This document shows positions 28,486-37,445 of a DNA stretch of 46,673 bases, piece by piece. The DNA comes from an uncultured Flavobacteriaceae bacterium. Lineage in GTDB: Bacteria > Bacteroidota > Bacteroidia > Flavobacteriales > Flavobacteriaceae. The notes below the pieces were generated by a model. It was not told the origin of the DNA. It worked only from the letters and a program-made list of their open reading frames with translations, and searched no databases. Location of the stretch: positions 1-46,673 of the forward strand of contig CAYUZY010000001.1 in the NCBI GenBank assembly GCA_964448645.1, written 5' to 3'. Within the stretch, counting starts at the first letter, position 1. Each line of letters opens with the position of its first letter. The position numbers were made by a program, and so were the translations under genes.

Positions 28486-28503
28486 AATGTTTCACGTGAA
28501 ACA
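28486..28503 (+). repeat. copy B of the 18-nt motif, AATGTTTCACGTGAAACA; contains the perfect 14-nt palindrome GTTTCACGTGAAAC (28489-28502)
   Basis: Lies in the 22-nt mnmG/methyltransferase spacer and ends 2 nt before ATG 28506. Confidence 0.8.
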
Positions 28504-28505
28504 AT

Positions 28506-29357
28506 ATGAAGTTAAAAAAAGACATTTTTCTGTTTTCTGCAAAGGATAACCTTATCTCTAACAAAAAATTTAATATATATTGGGATTCCAAAAAGCATAT
28601 GGCTTGGACTGACATTATAAATGAAAAAAGCTTGTCAAAATATTATATATCAGATAGTTATGATTCTTTTAAAGAGAAACCTTCAAAGCGTATAGATTAT
28701 ATTTATTTTTATATTCAAAATTTAATGCTTAGTTATAAATGGTCAATAACAAAGCAATTTATTCTTAAAGACAGCAATACACTTGATGTAGGTTCTGGGA
28801 TAGGTGTTTATGCGGAGTATTGTTTAAAAAAAGGACTTAACCAATCAGTTGTTGAGAATAATGTAAAGGCATTAAACATTTGCAGCAGAAAAGGATTAAA
28901 AACCTTTAATTCTTTAGAAATAATCCCATCTCATTCTAAATTTAGGATAATAACTTTTTGGCATTCTTTAGAACACATTATTAATTTAAATAAAACTTTA
29001 GCTAAAACTTCTTTATTAATAGATAAAGAAGGTTATTTAATAATTGCCCTTCCTAATATAAACAGTTTTGATTCTAAATATTATAAGCATAAATGGTCAG
29101 CACTTGATGTGCCAAGACATATATGGCATTTTACTAGAAAAGGAATAGAATTATTATTAAAAGAAAAAAATTTTAGATTAATTAAATCATACCCATTATT
29201 TATGGATGCTTTTTATATATCATATTTATCTGAAAAACAAAACAGGTCATATTTCCCTTTATTTAAGGGAATTATTTTAGGAATAATCTCCAACATAAAA
29301 GCTTTATTTAGCAAAGAGTATTCTTCTATAATTTATGTTTTTAAAAAAAGAAGTTAA
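28506..29357 (+). CDS. class I SAM-dependent methyltransferase
   Basis: Motif I LDVGSGIGVY and a Methyltransf_23-like layout. 283 aa. The substrate is unknown. Confidence 0.75.
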   Translation: MKLKKDIFLFSAKDNLISNKKFNIYWDSKKHMAWTDIINEKSLSKYYISDSYDSFKEKPSKRIDYIYFYIQNLMLSYKWSITKQFILKDSNTLDVGSGIGVYAEYCLKKGLNQSVVENNVKALNICSRKGLKTFNSLEIIPSHSKFRIITFWHSLEHIINLNKTLAKTSLLIDKEGYLIIALPNINSFDSKYYKHKWSALDVPRHIWHFTRKGIELLLKEKNFRLIKSYPLFMDAFYISYLSEKQNRSYFPLFKGIILGIISNIKALFSKEYSSIIYVFKKRS

Positions 29358-30469
29358 TTTTTAGAAAGGGATAATAATTTCTTTGTTTTTATAACAATCT
29401 CGGTTAAGAGCATTTTTTTATTAGCATTTTGCTGAATGTAATTTTGTGATTTTTCAAATAAAACAACAAATTTTTTGAAGTTTCCTTTATTAATATATGG
29501 GGAAAGATTTTTTATACTAAAATTAGTAGAACTTTCAAAAGGAGCAATTTTTTCTAAATTATAATTGACAAGAAAAGCTGATCTAAAAAAATCTACTGAA
29601 TAATATAAAAAGGCTTTAATTTTTTCATTACCCATCAGAGACACTTTATTAACCCAATCGAATAATTGGATTGTGTCTTCTTTTTTTTTATTAGAACTAA
29701 ATGAAAGTCTTAATAATTCAATTATTAGAGATTCGTACTTAGAAAAAAAGTCATTATTTAATATTGTATTTATATTTCTTAAACTCCCTAAAGCGGTATT
29801 AAAATTTATTTTTTCAATATTATTTTTTTTAAGATATTCTTTAATGTATGAATCTTCAATTGGCTTTAAATAGGTAGTTTGACATCTGGAATAAATTGTT
29901 GGTAATAAACTTAAAGAGTCTTCTGCCACCATAATAAAATATGTTTTCTTTGGCGGTTCTTCTAATAATTTAAGGATTTTATTTGAAGCAGATAAATTCA
30001 TTTTGTCAAGACCCCAAATTAAGACCACTTTATTTCCGCCAAAAAAAGATTTTAAATTAATTTGATTTTGTAGATTTTCAATTTCAGTTACCCCTATTAT
30101 TCCTTCTTTATTTTCATCACCAATTTCTTTAAGCCAATCTCCATAGGAACCATATATATTTTTTTCTATAAATAATAACCATTCTTTTAGATAATCACTT
30201 GATAATTTATTTTTATTAGAGTAAACGGGGTATATAAACTTTAAATCAGGATTTTGAAGAAGTGTTTTTATATCACTTCCTTTTAAAATATGTCTTTCTA
30301 GAATTTTTTTTCCATAAATTAATTGGAGACAAAAGTAAAGCGCTAAACCTAATCCGCCACATCCAATTTTATCAATAAAAAGCTGACAATGAGGGACATA
30401 CATTTTTTTACACATTTCATCAATAGTCTTTTTAATTTTATCTTGACCAATTATATTATTGAAGTACAT
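29354..30469 (-). CDS. holB: DNA polymerase III delta-prime subunit-like AAA+ clamp-loader protein
   Basis: SASNKILKLLEEPPKKTYFIMVAE and LPTIYSRCQ (sensor 1 / SRC motif). The P-loop is degenerate, as is typical for delta-prime. Confidence 0.8.
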   Translation of the reverse strand: MYFNNIIGQDKIKKTIDEMCKKMYVPHCQLFIDKIGCGGLGLALYFCLQLIYGKKILERHILKGSDIKTLLQNPDLKFIYPVYSNKNKLSSDYLKEWLLFIEKNIYGSYGDWLKEIGDENKEGIIGVTEIENLQNQINLKSFFGGNKVVLIWGLDKMNLSASNKILKLLEEPPKKTYFIMVAEDSLSLLPTIYSRCQTTYLKPIEDSYIKEYLKKNNIEKINFNTALGSLRNINTILNNDFFSKYESLIIELLRLSFSSNKKKEDTIQLFDWVNKVSLMGNEKIKAFLYYSVDFFRSAFLVNYNLEKIAPFESSTNFSIKNLSPYINKGNFKKFVVLFEKSQNYIQQNANKKMLLTEIVIKTKKLLSLSKN

Positions 30470-30473
30470 TTAT

Positions 30474-30481
30474 CAAATATA
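30474..30481 (-). promoter_or_regulatory. -7 promoter box (TATATTTG) abutting the holB-like start; leaderless candidate
   Basis: Reverse complement of 30474-30481 is TATATTTG. There are 4 nt to ATG 30469. Confidence 0.45.
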
Positions 30482-30542
30482 ACATTACTTTTTTTTAATT
30501 TTTTAATTTTAATTTCTCTATTTATTTGGATAATAATTATAG

Positions 30543-30550
30543 TATTTTTG
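30543..30550 (+). promoter_or_regulatory. -7 promoter box (TATTTTTG) abutting the pgk start; leaderless candidate
   Basis: TATTTTTG at 30543-30550. There are 5 nt (AGATC) to ATG 30556. Confidence 0.45.
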
Positions 30551-30555
30551 AGATC

Positions 30556-31743
30556 ATGAAAACATTATCAAACCAATCTTTTAAAAATAAAAAAGTATTA
30601 ATTAGGGTTGATTTTAATGTGCCATTAAATGACAAATTACAAGTAGTTGATAATACTCGCATTTATGCCGCAAAACCAACTATTGACCATGTAATAAATT
30701 CTGGGGGAAGCTGTATTTTAATTTCTCATATGGGAAGGCCAGAGGGTTTTTCTTCAAAATTATCTCTTAAAAATATAGTTTCAGAGGTTAGTAAAGTTAT
30801 TAATAGACCGGTTGACTTTTATTCTAATTGTGTAGGAGAAGAAGCTGAAAAAAAATCTAAATCACTTAAACCAGGACAAATTTTATTATTAGAAAATTTA
30901 AGATTTTATAAAGAAGAATCTGAAGGAGATATTGATTTTGCTAAAAAGTTATCAAAGCACGGTTCAGTATTTATTAATGATGCTTTCGGATCAGTTCATA
31001 GAGCACATGCATCTACGACTATAATTTCAAGATTTTTTAATAATAATAAGTTTTTTGGAAAACTATTAGAAAAAGAAATTTTAGCAATTGATAAAGTTTT
31101 AAAGTCAGGAAAAAAACCTGTTTTAGCAATAATAGGAGGTGCAAAAATCTCATCAAAAATTCCCATTATTGAAAGTATCTTAGATAAAATAGATCATTTA
31201 ATTATTGGAGGAGGGATGGTTTATACTTTTATATATGCTTTAAAAGGAAAAATAGGGAATTCAATTTTTGAAAAAGATTATGCAAATTTAGCTTTGGAGA
31301 TAATTGACAAAGCTGAATCAAAAAATGTTTTATTGCATTTGCCTATTGATGTAGTTGCGGGGAATAATTTTTCAAATAATGCAAATCAAAAAGTTTTTGA
31401 TGTAAAAAACATTAAAAATGGATGGGAAGGGATGGATGCTGGACCAAAATCTTTAAAGCATTTTGAAACAATCATTTTGAAATGTAATACAATACTTTGG
31501 AATGGCCCTTTAGGTGTTTTTGAGTTTGAAAATTTTGCTAAAGGAACTATTCAAATAGGCGAATTTATTGCAAAAAAAACTAAGCAAGGAGCTTTTTCTT
31601 TAGTTGGAGGAGGAGATTCTGTTTTCGCTGTTAAAAAATATGGTTTAGAAGATAAAATGAGTTATGTTAGCACTGGAGGGGGTGCAATGTTAGAAAGTTT
31701 AGAGGGCAAAACTCTTCCAGGAATAAAAGCATTAATTGATTAA
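30556..31743 (+). CDS. pgk: phosphoglycerate kinase
   Basis: VLIRVDFNVP, SHMGRP, FGSVHRAHAST and STGGGA motifs. I moved the start to ATG 30556 (MKTLSNQSF) because TTG 30526 lies upstream of the -7 box. Confidence 0.95.
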   Translation: MKTLSNQSFKNKKVLIRVDFNVPLNDKLQVVDNTRIYAAKPTIDHVINSGGSCILISHMGRPEGFSSKLSLKNIVSEVSKVINRPVDFYSNCVGEEAEKKSKSLKPGQILLLENLRFYKEESEGDIDFAKKLSKHGSVFINDAFGSVHRAHASTTIISRFFNNNKFFGKLLEKEILAIDKVLKSGKKPVLAIIGGAKISSKIPIIESILDKIDHLIIGGGMVYTFIYALKGKIGNSIFEKDYANLALEIIDKAESKNVLLHLPIDVVAGNNFSNNANQKVFDVKNIKNGWEGMDAGPKSLKHFETIILKCNTILWNGPLGVFEFENFAKGTIQIGEFIAKKTKQGAFSLVGGGDSVFAVKKYGLEDKMSYVSTGGGAMLESLEGKTLPGIKALID

Positions 31744-31752
31744 ATAAGTTTT

Positions 31753-32709
31753 TTGAAGTTTAAAATTATAATTATAGCTTTTTTAATTTTTTCTTGTAAT
31801 AAAAGAAAGAATCAAGTGTATATTCCAGAATCTAATGGAAGAATAAATGATGTAATGATAGTTATGAATAAGAATGATTGGGAAAATTCTTTAGGAAAAA
31901 CAATAAGAGAAGGATTAAGTCAGCCATATGAAGGCCTTCCAACTGATGAGCCAAAGTTTAACTTATTTTATTTAAATCCAAAGGCATTTTCTGGATTTAC
32001 AAAAAAAAGCAGAAATATTTTATGGTTTGTAAATAGTGATTTAAATGAATTTAAATTGATGGAAAATCCATTTTCTAAACCTCAAATTGTTGTTAAAAGT
32101 GCTTTTGAGGATAATGATTTACATAAATTTTATTTTAAAGAAAATGTTAATCTGATAATAAATTTAATTTTTAATAATGAGAGAAAAGAAAAATTAAGAC
32201 GAATTAATAAATCTTTATCTAGATCTAAAGATTTAGAAAATCGATTTGGAATTAAATTAAAATACCCCTCTGCATATAAAACAGTTAAGGATACTTCTAA
32301 TTTTATATGGATTCAAAAAGACATTCAAAAAGGGCATATGAATATTATCTCATATTCTATTCCAATAAAAGATTTTAACTCTTTTAATAGTAAAAGAATT
32401 GTTAGTATTAGGGATTCAATTGGAGAATTATATATTCCAGGAAGATTGAAAGAATCATATATGATTACTGAAAAAGCGTATAAACCATTCTTTTATAAAT
32501 CAAAAAAAGAAACTAAAACTTTATATATAACAAAAGGAACTTGGGAAGTTTATAATGATTTTATGGCTGGACCATTTATTAATTTTTTTATTGAAGATAT
32601 TAATAATAAGAGATGGATTGTTATTGAAGGTTTTGCTTTTGCTCCTTCAACTAAAAAGAGAGATTATATGTTTGAACTAGAGACTATTTTGAATACAATA
32701 AAATTCTGA
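31753..32709 (+). CDS. DUF4837-like lipoprotein (Bacteroidota-specific, function unknown)
   Basis: TTG start, signal peptide and lipobox (LIFSCN), 318 aa. The DUF4837 assignment is from memory of the N-terminal GRINDVMIVMNKNDWENSLG pattern. Confidence 0.6.
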   Translation: MKFKIIIIAFLIFSCNKRKNQVYIPESNGRINDVMIVMNKNDWENSLGKTIREGLSQPYEGLPTDEPKFNLFYLNPKAFSGFTKKSRNILWFVNSDLNEFKLMENPFSKPQIVVKSAFEDNDLHKFYFKENVNLIINLIFNNERKEKLRRINKSLSRSKDLENRFGIKLKYPSAYKTVKDTSNFIWIQKDIQKGHMNIISYSIPIKDFNSFNSKRIVSIRDSIGELYIPGRLKESYMITEKAYKPFFYKSKKETKTLYITKGTWEVYNDFMAGPFINFFIEDINNKRWIVIEGFAFAPSTKKRDYMFELETILNTIKF

Positions 32710-32717
32710 AAAAAGGA

Positions 32718-32885
32718 TTATTGGTTTTTTTCATCAATTTTTTTTTCTTCATTATCTTCTTTAGTTGCTTTTTTAAACTCTTTAATTCCGCTTCCTAAGC
32801 CTTTCATTAGTTCAGGAATTTTTCTTCCTCCAAATAGTAAAAGCACTACGGCAATTATAAGAATAATTTGTGGGGCTCCAATCAT
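32718..32885 (-). CDS. tatA: twin-arginine translocase TatA/TatE family subunit (55 aa); absent from the supplied ORF track
   Basis: The reverse complement translates to [55 protein letters not shown]. This is the canonical TatA TM helix, FGG hinge and amphipathic helix. Confidence 0.9.
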   Translation of the reverse strand: MIGAPQIILIIAVVLLLFGGRKIPELMKGLGSGIKEFKKATKEDNEEKKIDEKNQ

Positions 32886-32921
32886 AACTATATTTAAATT
32901 AATTTTAATTAATTCTTATAA

Positions 32922-32929
32922 CAAATTTA
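32922..32929 (-). promoter_or_regulatory. -7 promoter box (TAAATTTG) for tatA
   Basis: Reverse complement of 32922-32929 is TAAATTTG. There are 36 nt to ATG 32885. Confidence 0.35.
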
Positions 32930-32993
32930 CTCAAATATTTTAGTTATTCTATATCATTTAATATAATTGATATTTTATACTTTGAGTAATCCT

Positions 32994-33001
32994 TATATTT
33001 G
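32994..33001 (+). promoter_or_regulatory. -7 promoter box (TATATTTG) for the M23 peptidase/GH3/GT operon
   Basis: TATATTTG with 8 nt to ATG 33010, giving a very short leader. Confidence 0.45.
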
Positions 33002-33009
33002 AATACAAT

Positions 33010-33882
33010 ATGTCAAAAAAAAATAAATCATCAAATAAGATAATAAAAAAATTGACTAGCCACTATCGTATGTTGGTAGTGAATGAGGAAACATTTGAAG
33101 AACAATTCCAGTTTAGGTTATCAAGATTAAACGTTATTATATTTTCAGTTTTTATATTTTCAATTTTTAGTATTGGGTTATTTTTTATAATTGCATATTC
33201 ACCAATAAGAGAGTATATACCTGGTTATGATTCAAGTGAGATTAGAAAAAATGCTATAGAAAACTTATTTATTACAGATTCTCTAATTAATATTTATCAG
33301 AAAAACGCTCGTTATTTAAAATCGGTTAAAAAGGTTCTAACTGGAAAGAATCTGGATGAATCTTTTTTTAAAAATATTGATTTAGAGAAAGATTCATTAG
33401 GTGAAAAATTTAATAAAGTAATAAAAGGAAATAAAGCGGATTCGATTTTAAGAAAAGTAGTTGACCAAGAGGACAAATATAATTTTGATCAAAAATCTAT
33501 CTTAAATTCAAATGTATTTTTAAATGCTCCTGCAAAAGGTCCAATCTCACAAAAATTTAATATCAAAGAAGAACATTTTGCTGTTGATATAGTACTGGAA
33601 GAAAATTTTCCAGTTAAATCTATAGCTGATGGAACTGTAATTTTTTCAGAATGGACAGCACAGACTGGCTATGTAATAATCGTTAGACATAATTATGGCT
33701 TTATGTCGGTATATAAGCACAATTCTAGTTTAAGTAAAAAACAAGGAGAGTTTGTTTTAGCTGGAGAAGTTATTGCTGCTGCTGGAAATACAGGGGAGTA
33801 TTCTACTGGATGGCATTTGCATTTTGAATTATGGCTTGAAGGATATCCAATAGATCCTGAAGAATTTTTTAATTTTGATTAA
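33010..33882 (+). CDS. M23 family metallopeptidase, membrane-anchored
   Basis: N-terminal TM helix and a C-terminal LytM domain with HFAVD...NTGEYSTGWHLHFEL. Confidence 0.88.
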   Translation: MSKKNKSSNKIIKKLTSHYRMLVVNEETFEEQFQFRLSRLNVIIFSVFIFSIFSIGLFFIIAYSPIREYIPGYDSSEIRKNAIENLFITDSLINIYQKNARYLKSVKKVLTGKNLDESFFKNIDLEKDSLGEKFNKVIKGNKADSILRKVVDQEDKYNFDQKSILNSNVFLNAPAKGPISQKFNIKEEHFAVDIVLEENFPVKSIADGTVIFSEWTAQTGYVIIVRHNYGFMSVYKHNSSLSKKQGEFVLAGEVIAAAGNTGEYSTGWHLHFELWLEGYPIDPEEFFNFD

Positions 33883-33888
33883 AATATA

Positions 33889-35391
33889 ATGAAAGGTTTT
33901 TTAGCTAAACTTTTTTCAAAGTATATATATTATAAGAATAAGGGTTGGAGAAAAAATCCAATAAAATATCAAAATTTAATTTTTAAGGAATTAATAAAAA
34001 AAGGATTAAAGACTAGATTTGGAATAGACAATGATTTTAAAAACATAAAATCATATGATGATTTTGTTAGAAAAGTTAAAGTTAGGGATTATGAAGACAT
34101 CAAAATATATATAAAAAAAATATTAGCTGGCGAAAAAAATATTTTATGGCCTGGAAAACCATTGTATTTTGCAAAAACTAGTGGAACAACTTCTGGGATT
34201 AAATATATTCCTATAACAAATGATTCAATAAAAACTCACATTAATTCTGCAAGAGACTCTATATTAAATTACATTCATAAAAGTGGTAATACTAAAATAG
34301 CTTATGGGAAACATATATTTATTCAGGGATCTCCTATTTTAAAAACTATAAATGGAATTTTGTTAGGTAGACTTTCTGGCATAGCTGCTCATTACGTTCC
34401 AAAGTATATGTTAAAAAACAGAATGCCTAGTTGGGACACAAATTGTATTAAAGATTGGGAAAAAAAGGTAGAAGTAATAGTTAAAGAGACATTAGATAAG
34501 GATATGACTATAATTGCAGGAATTCCTTCTTGGGTTCAAATGTATTTTGAAAAAATTTTAACTGAATCAAATAAAAATATAGGGGATCAATTTCCAAATT
34601 TTAGCCTTTTTGTATATGGAGGAGTAAACTTTGAACCATATAAACCTATTTTTGATAATTTAATTGGAAGACATGTTGATACTGTTGAAGTTTATCCTGC
34701 TTCCGAAGGATTTATTGCATATCAAGATCAATTAAACGATACAAGTCTATTATTATTAGTTAATAATGGAATTTTTTATGAATTTATTGAAGCATCAAAG
34801 TTTTACGATAAATACCCCAAAAGATATAACTTAAATCAGGTAAAAAAAGGAATAAATTATGTAATAATTCTTTCTACAAATGCTGGTCTTTGGGCCTATA
34901 ATATTGGAGATACAATTGAATTTACTTCATTAAATCCATATAGAATTAAAGTAACAGGAAGAATTAGTCATTTTATTTCAGCTTTTGGAGAGCATGTAAT
35001 AGGATCTGAAATAGAGAAAGCCATAGGTGTTGGGTTAAAAAAACATAAGACTGAAGTTTTTGTTAGAGAATTTACAGTTGCACCTAAAATTGATTCTAAA
35101 AGAGGTTTTTCTTATCATAAGTGGTTTATTGAATTTGATAGAATTCCACCAGACTTAAAATCTTTAGAGAAGGATATAGATATTTCTCTTCAAGATCAAA
35201 ATATATATTATAAAGATTTGATAAAAGGCAAAATATTAAGAAGATTGGTTATTAAAGCGGTTGAAAAAAACAGCTTTTCAAAATATATGAAAAAGGAAGG
35301 AAAATTAGGAGGTCAAAATAAAGTTCCCAAATTATCAAATGACTATAAAATTGCAAGTTTTTTAGAAAAATATGTTATAAATAAGGATTAG
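33889..35391 (+). CDS. GH3 family (acyl-adenylate-forming, auxin-responsive-promoter-like) protein
   Basis: 500 aa. FAKTSGTTSGIKYIP and YGGVNFEPYK are typical of the bacterial GH3 family seen in Bacteroidota. Confidence 0.8.
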   Translation: MKGFLAKLFSKYIYYKNKGWRKNPIKYQNLIFKELIKKGLKTRFGIDNDFKNIKSYDDFVRKVKVRDYEDIKIYIKKILAGEKNILWPGKPLYFAKTSGTTSGIKYIPITNDSIKTHINSARDSILNYIHKSGNTKIAYGKHIFIQGSPILKTINGILLGRLSGIAAHYVPKYMLKNRMPSWDTNCIKDWEKKVEVIVKETLDKDMTIIAGIPSWVQMYFEKILTESNKNIGDQFPNFSLFVYGGVNFEPYKPIFDNLIGRHVDTVEVYPASEGFIAYQDQLNDTSLLLLVNNGIFYEFIEASKFYDKYPKRYNLNQVKKGINYVIILSTNAGLWAYNIGDTIEFTSLNPYRIKVTGRISHFISAFGEHVIGSEIEKAIGVGLKKHKTEVFVREFTVAPKIDSKRGFSYHKWFIEFDRIPPDLKSLEKDIDISLQDQNIYYKDLIKGKILRRLVIKAVEKNSFSKYMKKEGKLGGQNKVPKLSNDYKIASFLEKYVINKD

Positions 35392-35394
35392 TTT

Positions 35395-36453
35395 ATGTCG
35401 AGATTTAAGGTGACATTTGTTTATAGTGTTCTTAATCCTTTTGTTAAAAAGGATATAAAAATTTTAAAAAACCTTGGTGTTTCATTAAGTCAAATTAAAT
35501 CTCCTCCTAATAAAGATTTTTTTAATTTTTTAAGAAATAGATTTAAAGAGTTGTATAAATCTATTTTATTTATTCCTAAATCTCAAGTAGTTATTTGTTG
35601 GTTTTGTGATTATCATGCTTTAATTCCTTTAATACTATCAAGACTATTTAAAAAAAGATTTGTTGTAATAGTTGGAGGATATGATGCTATATCATATAAA
35701 GAATTAAATTATGGAGTTTTTCAAAAAAAAAATATAAGAAGTAAAATAGCTTCTATAATTTATCATTCTGCTTCAGAAATATGGGCCGTTCATAAAAGTC
35801 TTATATATGGTTGTAAAAACTCAAAAAAGGGATTAAATATTGATTCAGGGATAAAATCGTTTTTAAAAAATCTTAAAACCGAAATTAAAGAAGTTCCAAC
35901 TGGTTATGATTTCTCTTTTTGGAAATCTAAAAATAAACGAAGGAATAAAAACACCATTCTTACAGTAGCTAATATTGATAATTATCAGACTTTTAAAAGA
36001 AAAGGATTACCTCAATTTATTGATTTAGCAAAAAAGCTCAATAATTTTAGCTTTACAATTGTAGGTTTCTCAAAAAAAATGATTTTAGAAATTGATAAAC
36101 CAAAAAATGTAACTTTAATTGGAAAACTTAATTCAAATCAGTTAGTTAAATTATACTCTAAAAATTATTATTATTATCAGGGCTCTATAATTGAAGGTCT
36201 TCCTAATGTTTTATGTGAAGCTATGTTATGTGAGTGCATACCAATAGGGAACAATGTTTTCGGAATTTCTGATGCTATTGGTAATACGGGTTTTATTTTT
36301 AAGGGGTTTAAAGAAATGGATAAAGTAAAAGATTTTTTAGAATCAAAGATTGTTTTGAATGGAAAAAATGCTAGAGAAAGAATAAAGACTAAATACCCTT
36401 TGTCTAAAAGAGTTTATAGATTTAATAATTTATTAAGTGAAACAGAATTATAA
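35395..36453 (+). CDS. glycosyltransferase family 4 (GT-B, retaining)
   Basis: C-terminal EGLPNVLCEAMLCECIPIG (E-x7-E region). 352 aa. Confidence 0.8.
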   Translation: MSRFKVTFVYSVLNPFVKKDIKILKNLGVSLSQIKSPPNKDFFNFLRNRFKELYKSILFIPKSQVVICWFCDYHALIPLILSRLFKKRFVVIVGGYDAISYKELNYGVFQKKNIRSKIASIIYHSASEIWAVHKSLIYGCKNSKKGLNIDSGIKSFLKNLKTEIKEVPTGYDFSFWKSKNKRRNKNTILTVANIDNYQTFKRKGLPQFIDLAKKLNNFSFTIVGFSKKMILEIDKPKNVTLIGKLNSNQLVKLYSKNYYYYQGSIIEGLPNVLCEAMLCECIPIGNNVFGISDAIGNTGFIFKGFKEMDKVKDFLESKIVLNGKNARERIKTKYPLSKRVYRFNNLLSETEL

Positions 36454-37402
36454 AACAGCTGTAATTTCTTATCCTAATTCTAATAATTTAGGAGATTATA
36501 TTCAAAAAATAGCTGTTAAGCAATTTTTAAAGGAAAATATAAATGAAATTGATCGGGACAATTTAAAAAATTATTTTGGAGAAAAAATTAAGCTAATTAT
36601 TAATGGTTGGTTTATGGAAAAACCCAAGAATTGGCCTCCATCAGAAAGTATTATTCCTTTATTTATTTCTTTTCATATAAATCCTATAATAAAGTCATAT
36701 ATTTTAAATAAAAAGGGAGTTGAATATTTAAAGCAACATGAACCTATTGGTTGTAGAGATTTATATACCAAGTTAATTCTTGATAAAAAGGGAATAAGAG
36801 CATACTTTTCGGGTTGTCTTACACTAACTTTAGATAGAAAAAAATTAAAAATTAAAAATAATTTCAAAAAAGGGATATTAGTAATTAACTTAATTGATAG
36901 AATATTGCCTAAATTTTTATTTTTAAAAAGCCCATCTATTAGAAACCTTTTTAAAGATAGTATTCAACTCATTAAGTATCCTTATAAGAAAATTATTTAT
37001 GTTATTTCAAAAAGAAGAATTAATTTTTTTTTAGATAATCAAAAAAAAGAGATTAAGTTTCTATCTCAAATAATAGATGCTAATGATACAAGTGTTTTAA
37101 AAAGAGAGAAATTAGCATATGAACAATTGTATGCAATTGCTAATTCTGAGCTTGTATTAACCTCAAGAATACATTCTGCACTTCCTTCAGTGGCTCTAGA
37201 AGTACCAACTATTTTTATTTCAGATGGACTTGATCATATTAATCAAAAAAGCAGATTAGCAGGATTAGATAAATTTATTACTATTATAAAATCTAAAGAG
37301 CTTAATAAAATATCTATTGAAAAAATTAAATTGAACAATCATAAAACTTTTGTTGAAAAAATGAAAACTAAAATCACAAATTTTATTAATTATAAACAAT
37401 AG
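36437..37402 (+). CDS. polysaccharide pyruvyl transferase family protein
   Basis: GTG start overlapping the GT4 end by 17 nt. N-terminal NLGDYIQ, IGCRD and TSRIHSALPSVALEVPTIFI motifs. Confidence 0.75.
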   Translation: MKQNYKTAVISYPNSNNLGDYIQKIAVKQFLKENINEIDRDNLKNYFGEKIKLIINGWFMEKPKNWPPSESIIPLFISFHINPIIKSYILNKKGVEYLKQHEPIGCRDLYTKLILDKKGIRAYFSGCLTLTLDRKKLKIKNNFKKGILVINLIDRILPKFLFLKSPSIRNLFKDSIQLIKYPYKKIIYVISKRRINFFLDNQKKEIKFLSQIIDANDTSVLKREKLAYEQLYAIANSELVLTSRIHSALPSVALEVPTIFISDGLDHINQKSRLAGLDKFITIIKSKELNKISIEKIKLNNHKTFVEKMKTKITNFINYKQ

Positions 37403-37445
37403 AATTATTAGCTTCACATTATCATAATTATTTTACTTTTAGTAT

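Noticed and set aside
28487-28549. A 20-codon ORF (MFHVKQYEVKKRHFSVFCKG) starting inside the palindrome after mnmG. Its first five residues mimic the ybeY C-terminal MFHVK.
   Set aside because: The similarity follows from the DNA repeat. The ORF overlaps the methyltransferase start in another frame and is too short to support.
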